DNA of 64,000 bases. Source: the human T2T-CHM13v2.0 reference genome, Homo sapiens. The notes beneath the pieces are model-generated. The model saw only the letters and a list, made by a program, of their open reading frames with translations, was not told where the DNA came from and ran no database searches. The DNA lies in the NCBI RefSeq assembly GCF_009914755.1, contig NC_060935.1. The stretch is one strand, 5' to 3'. The position numbers and the translations under genes were made by a program. Positions 38,814-52,302 of the stretch are shown one piece after another (the stretch's first letter is position 1; every line of letters begins with the position of its first letter).

Positions 38814-39070
38814 AGACACACAGAATGTATTTTTGAGCAATATTCCTGGATCTGGCTCTCCTTGGCCCAAGTCATGTCAGTGCCTACCCCTGAAGAAGTC
38901 ACTACAGCCAGTGGCATCTGATGCTCTCATTCACTGTGTTGGGGTCACATCCATCTTTGGACTGAAGGGAGAGAGCTCAACCTATGGCATATGAACTAAG
39001 AATGGGAGAAGAGTAGTCATGCCAAGAAAAATCATGTTTCTGTTATTAAAAAAAAGGACAAATGTACACT
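38470..39070 (-). mobile_element. Old MLT1 (I/J/K-like) MaLR LTR, interrupted by a microsatellite
   Basis: ggtcacaaacagcaggacatttaacacaaaatgactt...gacaagatggctgcc...ttggcccaagtcatgtc...ctacccctga. Confidence 0.6.
38746..38810. repeat. Compound GCGTG(CG)6(CA)24 microsatellite
   Basis: Direct read; 65 bp of uninterrupted purine-pyrimidine alternation. Confidence 0.97.
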
Positions 39071-40254
39071 GGAGGGGTTGGGTAGACACACATGATGTAA
39101 TGTGTTTATGCAAGCAGTTTCCACTGCCTGAAATACCTCCTTCTCCTTATCAGTGTGGTGAATCCTTGCTTATCTTTCAAGATCAAGTGTAAATAACCTG
39201 TCTTCACTGAGCCTTCCAAATTCCTATCTGGCCTCTGTACTCTCTTAGTACTGAAACATAACTCTGCTATAGAACCTGTCACATTCATCCCTCCCTCAAC
39301 AAATATGTAGTAAGCACCTAGTAAGTGCAAAACCTCACCAGTTCTAATTTCCACTAAAGAGCTGGAATGCCAGGATCTATGTGTGCTGGTACATGACATG
39401 CTGGAAGGGAAACCTGGGACAAATTCAGGAAGAGGGCAGTGAAAAAGTTGGCAGAAGAATAGCAGAAACTAGCAGAAAAGGGTGACTGAATAATTGGCTT
39501 TTCTAGGAGAGCATTGGAAAACCAAGATTAAGGTTGCTCTTGGGTGTGGCAAATTTTGTCCAGTTCCTGGGAAGATTTGAGAAATGGAGAGAAATATTCT
39601 GGAATGCAGGGCAGAGTACAGCCACCGAAGTGCAAAAAATAAGTTAGTGAGAATTTGAAGCAAGCAGTTTATCTACAAACAAGGTGGACAGTGAGCAGGA
39701 TGTAGGGCAGTGGTCCCCATACAACCAGGATATTGAACACATAAAGACCAGAAAAGAAGACTGGCCTCTTCAAAGTAGGACTTTGATCTAAGGACCGACT
39801 GCCTGACCTTGACCATCAAACATTAGCCTGGACATTCTCACCTGATGCTTCCAGAGACTAAGCTTTCAGGGATCTAGGGGTAGGCTGACCTTTCTACAAA
39901 ACTTCAGCCTCATACTTGTTTTTCACTCTCTTCACCTCCTAACCTATTCTATGTCCTACATGGATTGGGTTTCTTTGGCTTACCTTTCATTTCTAGTCCA
40001 CCCCTCTTGCTTGAAGCCAGATTTGCCCTTCCTTCTTCCTTCCCTTCTTCTACCCTTCAGTGTCCCTTGCCATATCCACCAGCTGTACCTGCTCTGGGTT
40101 TCTTTGAATAGCCAATGTGCCCACCTTAGATCTAGTCCTGAGTTCACATATTGGCACCTCCCTCTTGCCTTTCCAACCCCTCCCTGTCACTCATTAGCAT
40201 CATTAGTGTAGAGCCTGACATTTTTCCACTGAACGAGATAACAACATGCCCTAT

Positions 40255-41236
40255 TTTCTTTTTTTTTTTCTTTTTCATCTTTCATTTTAGATTATGGGGA
40301 TATGTGCAGGTTTGTTACAAAGGTATATTGTGTGATGCTGGGGTTTGGAGTATGATAAAAATCTTTCACCTGGGAAGTGAGCATAGTACCCAGTAGCTAG
40401 TTTTTCAGCCTCCTGCCCTCTCTTGTTTCCTAGTGTCTATTCCCATTTTTATGCCCATGTGTACCCAAGATTTTACTCCCACTTATAAGTGAGAGCATGT
40501 AGTATTTAGTTTTTTGTTTCTGTGTTAGTTGGCTTAGGATAATGGTATCCAGCTGCATCTATGTTGCTGCAAAGGGCATAATTTCGTTCTTTTTTATAGC
40601 TGTGTAGTATTCCATTATGTAAGTGTGCCACATCTTCTTTATTCAATCCATTGAGATGGAAACCTGGGTTGGTTCCATGTCTTTGCTATTATGAATGCTG
40701 CTGCAATGAACATACAAGTGCAGGTGTTTTTTAATATAATAATTTATTTTCCTTTGCATCTATACCTAGTAATGGGAATGCTGGGTCGAATGGTAGTTTC
40801 AACTGTTAGTTTTTTGAGAAATCTCCAAACTGCTCTCCACAGGGGTTGAATTAATTTACATTCCCTCCAACAGTGTATCAGCGTTCTGTTTTCTCTGCAG
40901 CCCAGCCAACATCTGTTACTTTTTGACTTTTTAACAAAAGCAATTCTGACTAGTGTGAGATAGTATCTCATCGTGGTTTTGACTTGCATTTCTCTGAGGG
41001 TTAGTGATGATGAGCATATTTTCATATGTTTGTTGGCTGCTTGTATCTCTTCTTTTGAGAAGTGTTTGTTCATGTCCTTTGCCCACTTTTTAATGGGGTT
41101 ATTTGTTTTTGGTTGTTCATTAGTTTAAGTTATAGATTCTGAATGTTAGGCCTTTGTCAGATGCATAGTTTGTGAATATTTTCTCCTATTCTGTAGGTTT
41201 TCTCTTTACTTTGTTGATAGTTTCTCTTGCTGTGCA
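40255..41236 (-). mobile_element. 5'-truncated L1PA15/16- or L1PB-like element (ORF2 C-terminus plus 3' UTR)
   Basis: ORF 40744-41073 [18 protein letters not shown]...[13 protein letters not shown] is L1 ORF2p; TSD catgccctatttt / catgcactatttc. Confidence 0.93.
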
Positions 41237-41935
41237 TGCACTATTTCTAAGCCTATCCAACAAGCTCTGTGTCACTGATAACAGTCCAAAGCAACTAGAA
41301 GGCAGGATATGTGGGATTAAGTACATAGAAACAGAGATGAGTTTGAATCCCAGATATGCTGTTGGTTAAGCAACAAAGGGCAGACTTTATAACTACTTAT
41401 TTAGCAGATATTAATTGAGCTTCTGTTATGTACTGTCATTGTTGAGGCTATAGGGAATATAGCGGTAAACACAACAGCTTCATATGTATCTTCTGCATGT
41501 GATAGTCACCTTTTAGGGACGGGGCCATGACTCTTACTTTAGTAATCATAGTACTTTATTCCAGTGTCTGGCACCTAATAAACACTAAACACACACACAC
41601 CTGATGTAAGGTTGAGAAACAGAACCTTGTGATTCTTAGCAGTGTGACTTTCACCTATTTTTATTTCACAGAATTGAATCTTTGCAGAAGGTCAAACAGT
41701 TATTTCTATGGGTTCTCAGGACAATAGCACTAAGGCAGCACTTTACCTGTGTTGCTGCAAGTAATGGTCCCAGTCCAGACTGAATGACGCCTCAGAGGCA
41801 GCTCTCATAAGGAAGTGGGGCCTGTCTTTTCTGATAGTCCAAAACCTATTCTAAATGACTCTCAGCATGGTCTCCAGTTAGGTCCCTAGGAGCCCTCAGG
41901 ACAGGCCAGTTTATAGAATCAGAAATGCTCTGGAA

Positions 41936-41987
41936 TTTGCTATTGTGAATACTGCTGCAATGAACATACAAGTGCAGGTGCTTTTTA
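41936..41987 (-). mobile_element. Isolated 52-bp internal L1 fragment, near-copy of 40682-40733
   Basis: 49/52 identical to the neighbouring L1; no poly-A tail. Confidence 0.85.
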
Positions 41988-42074
41988 GCAAATGGGCTGG
42001 GATGCTCATTTGACTTCACTGTATCTGATTCCTTAGTCTAAGTATCCTTGGCCTGTGGCTGATCAGGCTCCTCA

Positions 42075-42195
42075 TGCACACTTCCAGTGACAGGCAACCC
42101 ACTCAGAAACAGCCCATCCCATGCTTGCACAGGTCTGACTGAGCTGAGATCTACTTCCCTTCAGTTTCCACCCATTGGTTTTGATTCTGCTGTGA
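42075..42195 (-). mobile_element. Probable L3/CR1 fragment
   Basis: cacttccagtgacagg...gagctgagatctacttccc..tttccacccattggt. Confidence 0.5.
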
Positions 42196-42224
42196 AAGAT
42201 TTCCTAAACTGTTCTTACCAATAT

Positions 42225-42535
42225 CCTTCATTAATTTACTCAGTGTATATTTATTGAGTATCTATGTGACAGATATTGGGATAAATTAGTGAAAAAAAAC
42301 ATACAGAGATACTTATTTTTGTGGAGGGAATCTGGAGGAGGGAGTTCTAGGTAAAGAAACAGCTGGTGCAAAGGTCCTGGGGTAGGAGTGTGTTTAACTT
42401 TTTTAAAAAAGGAAAGCAAAATGAATAGTGTGGCTGAGAGGAAGAGCAGAAGGAACTGACATCAGAAAGCTATCAGGGTCTGATCACGGAGGACCTAGTA
42501 GAGCATTCTAAGGATTTGGGATTTTACTCTTCAGC
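42225..42535 (-). mobile_element. L2 3' region
   Basis: tatttattgagtatctatgtg...aacagctggtgcaaaggtcctgggg...taaggatttgggattttactct. Confidence 0.8.
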
Positions 42536-42869
42536 CCACCATCCAAGTCTTGAGTGATTCTAGTGAACAAAAAATTCATTATCAGCCTGTGGGGAAAATG
42601 AGGTTAGAATTTGATTTGTTTTAGGAATCCTGAGTGCTCATGAAATTACCAGGTTCCCTTCACCTATTTATCCCAAGCTGTAGGAGTGGATTTCTGCCTC
42701 AGTTCCTTACTAATAATTCTTGCTTACCAGCTAACTCTGCTGAGGCACCTGACACCCTGGTGATATGGACTAAATCTATGCCTATTGCTCCTGGCGATAG
42801 TAGGAGAGGTGCAGGAATGAAGATATGGAGGAGGGCAGAGAGATAGAGGAGTGGAGGGGGGTGGAGTTT

Positions 42870-43065
42870 CGTGTTCAAGAACAGGGTCTGTGAGTCCGAG
42901 TGCTTGGTTTGAAGTACAGCTTTGCTACTTACTATCTACGTAGCACTGGGTAGTTATTTACTTGCTCTGAGCCTCATTTTTCTTATCTGTAAAATGGGAA
43001 CAAGAATGCATGTTCCACAATGTACTGTATGATATTGTATGTAAACTGCCTAGCATAGAATAATC
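42870..43065 (+). mobile_element. MIR SINE
   Basis: ctctgagcctcatttttcttatctgtaaaatggga. Confidence 0.85.
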
Positions 43066-43659
43066 AATCCCTCACTAAGTAGTCTCTATTACTCTACTGG
43101 CCATTTTCTACAAATCCTTTCCACCTGGGTTTGGAACAGTTCTTTATCCTTCCATGAACTAGCAGGGTCTCCATTTTCTCAGGGCCATGATGCTACTGCA
43201 TACTTGGACTTTCAGAGGCACCAGACACCTGGGTCTTGGTTGTCCCTTACCACAAGAGGGGACTACTTACCAAGAGCTGACTTGGACCCTTACTGGCTCT
43301 TAAACCCTGTCTGAGATATGCCCCATATCACCATATACATTTAGACCTGGAATATTGGCTGATAGTCACTTCTCCTCACTAGGGAACAACTGGAGAATTT
43401 TCTTATTTATGCCCATGGTGGTTCCATCCCTGTCTAATCCCCAGTCTCATTCTCCAAGCTTGGCTAGACCCAGCAGGACTAGTGGCCACATCTTAACAGA
43501 ATCATGCCACCTGCCTGCCACATTCTTCCTAATGCAGAAAGCCATTTCACCTCTCAGATAAAAATAACCAGGACAGTGGCCCCTCCCTAGGGAAAAACTC
43601 CCTTGTGGCATTTCTCTGCCTCTTGCTCCTTTCGGTTTCTCTCTCCATATGGCAGTCGC

Positions 43660-43960
43660 TGCCTCTCTCTCTCACATGCATCACGTGAGCATTGCCTTGT
43701 AAATTGTTCGGAATCCAAGTCTGGGTGGGATATTTACCCAGAGCGAATTATGGCTGGATGCATTCCTATGTCAACATGTGCCACGCTCATTTCTTATAAA
43801 GTAGTTCATTATTCTGTGGGGCATAAATAGTATTACCAGATTGATATGATTAAAGCTAGTGAGTCATTAATTAGCATCTAATTAAAAGAGATGAGTTACA
43901 TACCCATGTACAGTAGCTAATGTTATTTTTTCTTTGAAAAAAATGATTAAGTATACAGTG
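43660..43960. promoter_or_regulatory. Candidate enhancer with E-box, AP-1 and palindromic homeodomain site
   Basis: TCACGTGA 43681-43688, TGAGTCA 43860-43866, TTAATTAG-cat-CTAATTAA 43867-43885. Confidence 0.4.
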
Positions 43961-44267
43961 ATTGTGTTTTCAAAGAAACCACACCAAACTACGTGTTCAG
44001 TTTTCGTAAGATGCAGAGACAAAGTCTGCCCTGGGCCAGCAGAAAATTGAGTTTGCTACTTCCCCAAGATGTGGGTGCTAAAATGGGCTAGGGCTTTTCT
44101 TGTCACAGGAAACTGGATTGAAATTTGCATAAGTTCCAGAAATATCAACAGGCAACCATCGGGGCAGCTTCCTGGTGCTCAAAGCCCAGGCTCTAATATC
44201 GCGTCTTCTTCTGTTCCACCTTCTCCTGTGATATCCACTCACACTGCCAACGGTTCTCACACTCTAA

Positions 44268-44604
<337 letters not shown>

Positions 44605-44679
44605 CGTATTCCCATTTTATAAACCAAAAAACTAAACCTCAGACAGGACTCAGTTGTGGCTGATTTGATGACTGGCGAA

Positions 44680-44695
44680 TTTCTTTCTTTCTTTC

Positions 44696-44730
<35 letters not shown>

Positions 44731-45010
44731 TTTTCTTCTTCATCTTCATTTTCTTTTTTTTAATTATACTTTAAGTTCTAGGGTACATGTGCACAACGTG
44801 CAGGTTTGTTACATATGTATACATGTGCCATGTTGGTGTGCGGCACCCATTAACTCGTCATTTACATTAGGTAAATCTCCTAATGCTATCCCTCCCTCGT
44901 CCCCCGACCCCACGACAGGCCCCGGTGTGTGATGTTCCCCTTCCTGTGTCCAAGTGTTCTCATTGTTCAATTCCCACCTATGAGTGAGAACATGCGTTGT
45001 TTGGTTTTTT
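44680..45010 (-). mobile_element. Young L1PA (about PA3-5) 3' end, 5'-truncated, tail turned into (TTTC)n(TTTA)n
   Basis: attatactttaagttctagggtacatgtgcacaacgtgcagg...cccacctatgagtgagaacatgcg. Confidence 0.95.
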
Positions 45011-46139
45011 CTAAAGAAGCACCAGGACACATTTCAACCACCCACGCCAGACATTCAGGGCCTCTGAGGCCTGATCTTGATGTCTCCATGTAACCTCTTC
45101 TCTCCCTATTCCTTACTCTCTAGCTTTTTTTCTAGTTGAACTGCTCATCACTGTGTTTTCCCTAATGCCATAATTCTGCTCACAGCCAACTAAGAAGACT
45201 TTCATCCTATCCACCCACCCACATTCCACCTACACTTCTGCAGGCAAGCCAATTCTAATTTCACCCATACAGCCTTGACTAAGCCATATTCATATCACTT
45301 TTTAGTTCAGTGGATTCTTAGTAATTTATATGCGAGAATCCAAACTGGAAGATTAAGTTCACCTGACTCAAACTCTCTACTATGAAGAGATTTCCATCAT
45401 AGCATCCCACACATGTAGTCACTGAGCCTCATTTTACAGCAATGGGAAGTCTAGTGCTTTCATTTTTGTCAAGCACCACCTCTGATTATCAAAGTAATAT
45501 GTGAACATGTTCTAGAAGGCAGTAGGAAAAATAACTGTGGTTACTCTTCCAGAAGGGACTAGCATGGGAATAGGTCAGAACGCTAAGAGGAGCTTTTATG
45601 TATTATTTATATTTTTGACAACACTATTATATTCATAGATAGCTTGTGTAATAAAAAAATTCATAAATAAAAGCAACACACTCATTGGAGGAACCAATAT
45701 CTATTTATAGGAAGGATAAATAACAAATAGAACAAAAGAGAACTGTTAATAATTGGTATTTTTCTCCTACTTTGTTTTTATTACCTTATATATTTAGATA
45801 TCATAATACTTTATAAGAATCGTGAATCCTATTTGCTTAATATTTTAACATATGTATCCCCCATATTATTAAAAGTTTTCATTAACACCAATTTAAATTA
45901 TAGCATAAGGAATAAAATATCATCCATGTAATCTTTCCCTATGTTGGACATGTATGTTTCCAATATTTTTTCAGTGTAAATATTGCTGAGGAAAACATCT
46001 GTTTTTAATTGGAAAGTTTAAATTATTATTTTTTTTTGTCATCACTAGTATACTCGTTTGTTCTTGTCCCGTTATTTTGATTATATTTGATTCGTTCTTG
46101 CTGTTTACTGTTGAATCATTCTCTCTTTCATCATGGTAG

Positions 46140-46313
46140 TTTTTGTTTTTTAATTTTAGAGATGGGTCTTTCTGTGTTGCCCAGGCTGGAGCAGCGTCTG
46201 TTCACAGACACAATCATAGGACACTACACCTTCCAACTCCTAGGATCAAGCAATCCTCCTGCCACAGCCCTCTAAGTAGCTGGGATTATAGACGTGCATC
46301 ACCTGTGCTCCCT
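46140..46313 (-). mobile_element. FAM (fossil Alu monomer)
   Basis: Single monomer with ctgttcacagacacaatcatag..cactaca, the 7SL-like segment typical of FAM. Confidence 0.75.
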
Positions 46314-48063
46314 CAGGTCATTTTGAAGATCTATATTTTGTTTTTAACTCAAATAAATAAATGCTTCCTTTTAAGTTTAGTACATAATGGCAAACTATTC
46401 CAAGTTGTCTCCTAAAGTTTCAAATTTTATTTCTCCCATACAATGTTAACTAGCTAATACTGCTAATAAACCATCTGAGTTCTTAATTTCAGTTATTATG
46501 TTGTTCTTCATTCTATAATTTCAGTTTGATCTTTTGACATCGATTCCACTTATCTAGAATATTCCTCAGCCTATTGTTTCAGGTTTTCAAAACGTGTTCT
46601 TTATTTGATTAAAATAATTATATCATTGTTTTTCTTTATAACTTTGAAGCTATGATATTAGGTACATATAGATTTAGAATTTCCATATCTCAGTGATAGA
46701 ATTTGGCATTTATTATGAATTATCTATGTTTATTTCAAGTATATTTGCCTTTTAAATTTCCCTGTCTGATATTACTGTGGCTATATCAGCTTTTTTTCCT
46801 TTTCTTTTCGAAGTATAAATTATGTGGAGGGAGATTACAGTTTTTAAGTATTGAACTTCAATGAGTTTTCATAAATTCATATACATGTGTAACCTGTATC
46901 CCTTTTAAAATACAAAACATTTTCAGCACTCTAGAGGGTTCACTAATGCCACTTCCAAGTAAACTTTTTTAAGTTCTTTTGCTGTAGTTGAGTACTTTTG
47001 CCTGTTTTATGAACATCTATCTATATTTAGAAATACATATAGATATATATTTACATAGATTATAAACACATATATATACATTATAGTATGTATTCTTTTG
47101 TTTCCAGTTTATTTCACTACACTTAAGGTAATGTCTGTGAAATTCATCCATGTTGTTGCATGTATCAGAGATTTGTGAATTTTTTTTTCCTGAATAGTAT
47201 TCTGTTATATAAATATACCAATATTTATGTATGCATTTATCCATTGATAGACATTTGTATTGTTTTCAGTTTGGGACTATTATGAATAAAGCTTCTACAA
47301 AGATTGTTGTACAAGCATTTGTATAAACCTAAGTTTTCATTTCTTTTGAGTAAATGTTTAGCAAAGAAATTGCTAGGTCATAGGGTAGGTGTATATTTAA
47401 TTTAATAAGAAACTGCCAAACTATTTCCAAAGAGGCTATACTATCATACATTCCTACTTCAAATACATGAGAGTTCTCATAATTCCACATTATCAGTTTA
47501 AGGAAGTTCCATTCTATTTCTAATTTGTTGAGACATTTTACCATGAATGAATATTGAATATTTTTGACGTTTTTACTGCAGCTATTTAACTTATCATCTG
47601 ATTTTTCTGCTTTAATTTGTTCATGAGTCTCCTTTAGTCTGTTAATTAATATTTTAATGTTAAATTAACCTTGCTTTTCTAGAATGAACCTCATGATACA
47701 TTACTACTTTTATATATTGCTGGATTAGATTGCTAATATTTTATTAAGAATGTTTGTGTCTTTGTTTACAAGATATACTGTTCTGTAATTTTCTTTTCTA
47801 GGAATATCTTTGCCTGGTTTTGGTATAAAGGTTATGCTGGCCTCATAAAATGACTTTAATGGTATTCCTTTTTCTCTATTTCTGGAGAGTTAGTAGGATT
47901 GACATTATTTCTTAAATTTTTGCTGAAATTCACTAGTGAAGCTATCTGAGCCCAAAGTTTTCTTTACAATAATGTTCCCATTTACAAGTTCAACTGATTT
48001 AACAAATATGGGGCTATTAAGATATTCCATTTCTTCTTGTGTTAGTTTTGGTAATTTACATCA

Positions 48064-48436
<373 letters not shown>

Positions 48437-48749
48437 TTATCCTTGTAATGTCTATAGAATCCATAGTGATGTTGTTCCCGCTGTCATTTCTGATATTAGT
48501 AAACTGTGGTTTCCCTCTTTTTTCTTGATCAGTTTAGCTAGAAGTTTATAAAGGGTTTTGCTTTATTTTTCCTTTGAATACAAGCTTTTAGTCTCATTGC
48601 CTTTCTCTATTTTTTGTCTATTTTACACTTCATTGATTTGTGCTCTTATTGTTTTCTTCCTGCTTAATTTGGTTTAGTTTGCTCTCGTTCTTCTAGCTTC
48701 CTAAGATGGGAGCATAGATTATCGATCTATTTTTTTTTAAGTTAGTTTG

Positions 48750-49114
48750 TGCTACAGTCTGAATGGTTGTGTCCCCTCAAAATTCATGCGCTGAAACCCT
48801 AATCCCATTGTGTGGGTATTAAGAGGTGGGGCCTTTGGTAAATGATTAGTTCATAAGGGTACAGTCCTCACGAATAGAATTAGTGCCCCTATAAAAAAGG
48901 ACCCAGAAAGCTGCTTTGCCTTTTTCACCATGTGAGGACACAGTAAGAAGGCATCACCTATGAGCCAGGAAACGGGTCCTTATCAGACACTGTATCTCTT
49001 AGCACCTTGATCTTGGACTTCTCAGCCTCCGGAACTGTAAGAAATACATTTTTATTCTTTATAAGCCACCCAGTCTGTGGTAATTTGTTATAGCAGCCAA
49101 AGCAGACAAAGACA
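48750..49114 (+). mobile_element. MLT1A/MLT1A0 MaLR solo LTR
   Basis: tgctacagtctgaatg..gtcccctcaaaattcat...gttatagcagcc..aagaca; TSD gtttg/gttta. Confidence 0.92.
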
Positions 49115-49655
49115 GTTTAATTGAAGTAGAATTTAAAATACAATAAAATGAATTATGAAATATACCTATGCGACCACCACAATCATTATGTAAAATGTCT
49201 TCATCTACCTGAAGTTTTCTCATGCTGCTTTGCAGAAAATCCCTAACTTCAAGACAACCGCCATAGTTAAATATCTTCTTGTGTTATACTTCCTTCATAC
49301 AACACAGTAATTTTGATATACATCTATGTTATTGTGTGGATCAGCGTTTGCAATATTCCATTTTATAAACATACCAAAATTTGTTTATTTGCTCACCTGT
49401 TGATGGACATTTGAACCACTATAAATAAAGCTGCTTTGAACGGTCATGTACAAGCTTCTTTATAGACATATAGTTTTATTTCTCTTCAGTAAATATTGAA
49501 AAGTAGAATTACTGAGTCATAGGAGAAGTATATGTACAACTTCATAAGAAAGTGAAAAATATTGTTATTGTTTTATTCTATAATTCTGCCAGCATTGTAT
49601 GAAAGTTCTAGCTCCTCTACATCTTTGCTGAAACTTGATATAAACATTTCTTAAG

Positions 49656-49712
49656 TAACCTGCACAATGTGCACATGTACCCTAAAACTTAAAGTATAAT
49701 AAAAAAAAAAAA
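49656..49712 (+). mobile_element. Ultra-short young L1PA (PA2-like) 3' terminus plus poly-A
   Basis: taacctgcacaatgtgcacatgtaccctaaaacttaaagtataat(A)12. Confidence 0.92.
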
Positions 49713-52259
49713 GTTAGCCATTCTGGTGGGTATCTAGTAGTATCTCCTTGAGATTTTAATTTGCATTTTCCTGATGACTAATGCTATTGACCGTCTTTTT
49801 CTATGCCTGTTGACCATTCTCATATCTTGTGTGTGTGGCTGTGTGAAATGTCTGTTCAAATATTTGCCTATTTATTATTGAATATGTATTATTATTATTG
49901 TTGATTTGTAATATTTATTTGTTTATTCTGGATTACCAGTCTTTCATCAGATATTTGTTCAATGAATATTTTCTCCCAATCTGCAACTTGTCGTCTCAAT
50001 TTCTTAATGGTCCTTTTGAAGAGCAGAAGCTTTTAATTGTGATAAAATCCAATATATCTATCCTTTCCTTCATGGCTTGTGCTTTTTGTGCCTTAAGACA
50101 TGTTTTCTCCCATAAGATAATAAAGATTATTTTATGTTTTCTTCTGAAAGCTTTATATTTTTAGCTTTAAATTTAGATCTATGATCCATTTTGAGTTCAT
50201 TTTTGTGTATAATATGAAATAACACCCAGTATTTTTGCTTTGTTTTTATTTTTCACCGCATAGGTATTCAGTTGTTCCAACTCCATTTGTTGAAAAGACT
50301 ATCCTTTTCTATGGACTATTTTGGTGTTTTTGGAAAAACAATGATCGTATGTATGGGTCTCTATTGATTTCATATTTTTGAGGTCTAATCTGTCTCATTT
50401 ATGTCTCATTCATTTATCTTTATAAAAATACCATTAGGTCCTAATTACTGAGATTTTTCTAGCAGATTTTGAAATTAGGTAGTATAATCTTTCAACTTTG
50501 TTCTTAATTTTCAGATTGACTTTGGTTTCATTAGTTTTCTCTATTCATTTTATATATTACATTAATTTTCATTCCTATTGTTATTATATCCTTCCTTCTA
50601 TTTACTTTAATTTTTTTATGCTCTTAAGGTAGAAGCTTAGATTATGGATTTTAATATTTTTTCTTTTCTAAAATAAACAGAATTTAAAATGTCTCTCTAA
50701 GCACTGCTTTAGTTGAATCCATCAATTTTATTTTATTATCATTATCATTCAATCCAAGATATTTTCTGATTTTTCTTGTGATTTCTTTGACTTTTGTGTT
50801 GTTTAGAAACGTACTGCTTAATTTCAAAATATTTGTGGGTTTTCTAGATACCTTGTTTTATATTTTAATTTTGTCATAATTCCACAACACTTGTGTAGAA
50901 TTTCAATCCTTTGAAATTTACTTAGACTTCCTTCATGGCCCAGTGTAAGGTATATCTTGGTGACGGTTTTATATGTGCTTGAAAAAATATTTCTTCTGCA
51001 GTTGTTGAGTGTATTGCTATATACATGTCAATTAGGCTACTTTGATTGATAGTGCTTTTCAAATCATCTGTATTCTTACTAATTTTTGTCTAATTATTCC
51101 ATCAGTGAATGTTAGAGGCATGTTACAATTTCCAACAGTAATTGTGGATTTTTCAATTTCTCCTTACAGTTCTACCAGGTTGTGTTTTATGCATTTTGAA
51201 GCTCTATTATTAGATGCATACTCACTTGGGATTGTTATGCCTTTTTGATGGATTAGCACTTTAATCATTATGAAATGTCCATCTTTATCTCTGGTAATAA
51301 TTCTTTGTTTTGATGTCAGCTTTGTATGATATTTGTATAACAACTTCAGCTTATTTTGATTAGTGTTTGCATGGTATATCATTTTCCATCTTTTGCTTCT
51401 AAGCCACCTGTCTTTATATCTAAAATGTGCATATTGTTGAATACTGCTTTCATATCCAATCTGTCAATCTCTGCCTTTTAATTAGAGTGTTAATGCCATT
51501 TATATTTAATATAATTATTAATATAATTGTATATAAATGTAACATATTTTTTCTATTTATCACATCTATTTTTTGTTCATTTTATTTCTTTTCTTGCCAT
51601 GTATTTTGGACTAATTAAGGGTTAGTTTTAAAATTCTGTTTTATCTCTCTTATCTATCTTTAGCTGTAACTATTTTACTATTTTACCTTTAGTGGTTGCA
51701 CTAGGAATTGCAAATTTTTTTAGTCATAATTAACCATGGGTTAATATATCACTTCTCACATAATATGCTAGCCTTACAAGTGTAACCTCCAATTTACCCT
51801 CATCTTTTGCTCTGCTGTTGTCATACATTTTATTTCTACATACATTATTATCCTACAATATATAATTAGTTTTGCTTTAAGCAGCCAATTATCTTTTTTA
51901 AGAAATTAAATGTAAAAAAAGTTATATATTTACCTATGTATTTGCCATTCCTTGATCACACTATTTCTTTGTATAGATTTAATTTTCCTTCTGGTATTAT
52001 TTTCCTTCAGTCTCAAGAACTTCCTTCAGCATTCTTGTAATGTAAGTCTGTTAATTATGAATTGATGAATTCTCTCAGGTTTTGCTTATTGGAAAATTTT
52101 TCTATTTTGCCTTTATTTATGAAAGATATTTTGTCTGACTACAGAATTCTGGGTTGACAGCTTTTCGTTTTAGCACTTTAAAGGTGTAGTTTCTGTGTCT
52201 TCTAGTTTGCTTTGTTTCTGATGAGAATTTGATGCTCATGTTTACTCTCAGATGCCTCA

Positions 52260-52261
<2 letters not shown>

Positions 52262-52299
<38 letters not shown>
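52262..52299. repeat. (GT)19 microsatellite
   Basis: Direct read. Confidence 0.97.

Positions 52300-52302
<3 letters not shown>

Noticed and set aside
40744-41073. ORF with clear protein similarity
   Set aside because: L1 ORF2p C-terminal relic in a truncated element, not a host gene; likewise 51164, 56923 and 57568
46140-46313. 7SL RNA gene or pseudogene
   Set aside because: Lacks the full S domain and is heavily diverged; fits a FAM monomer
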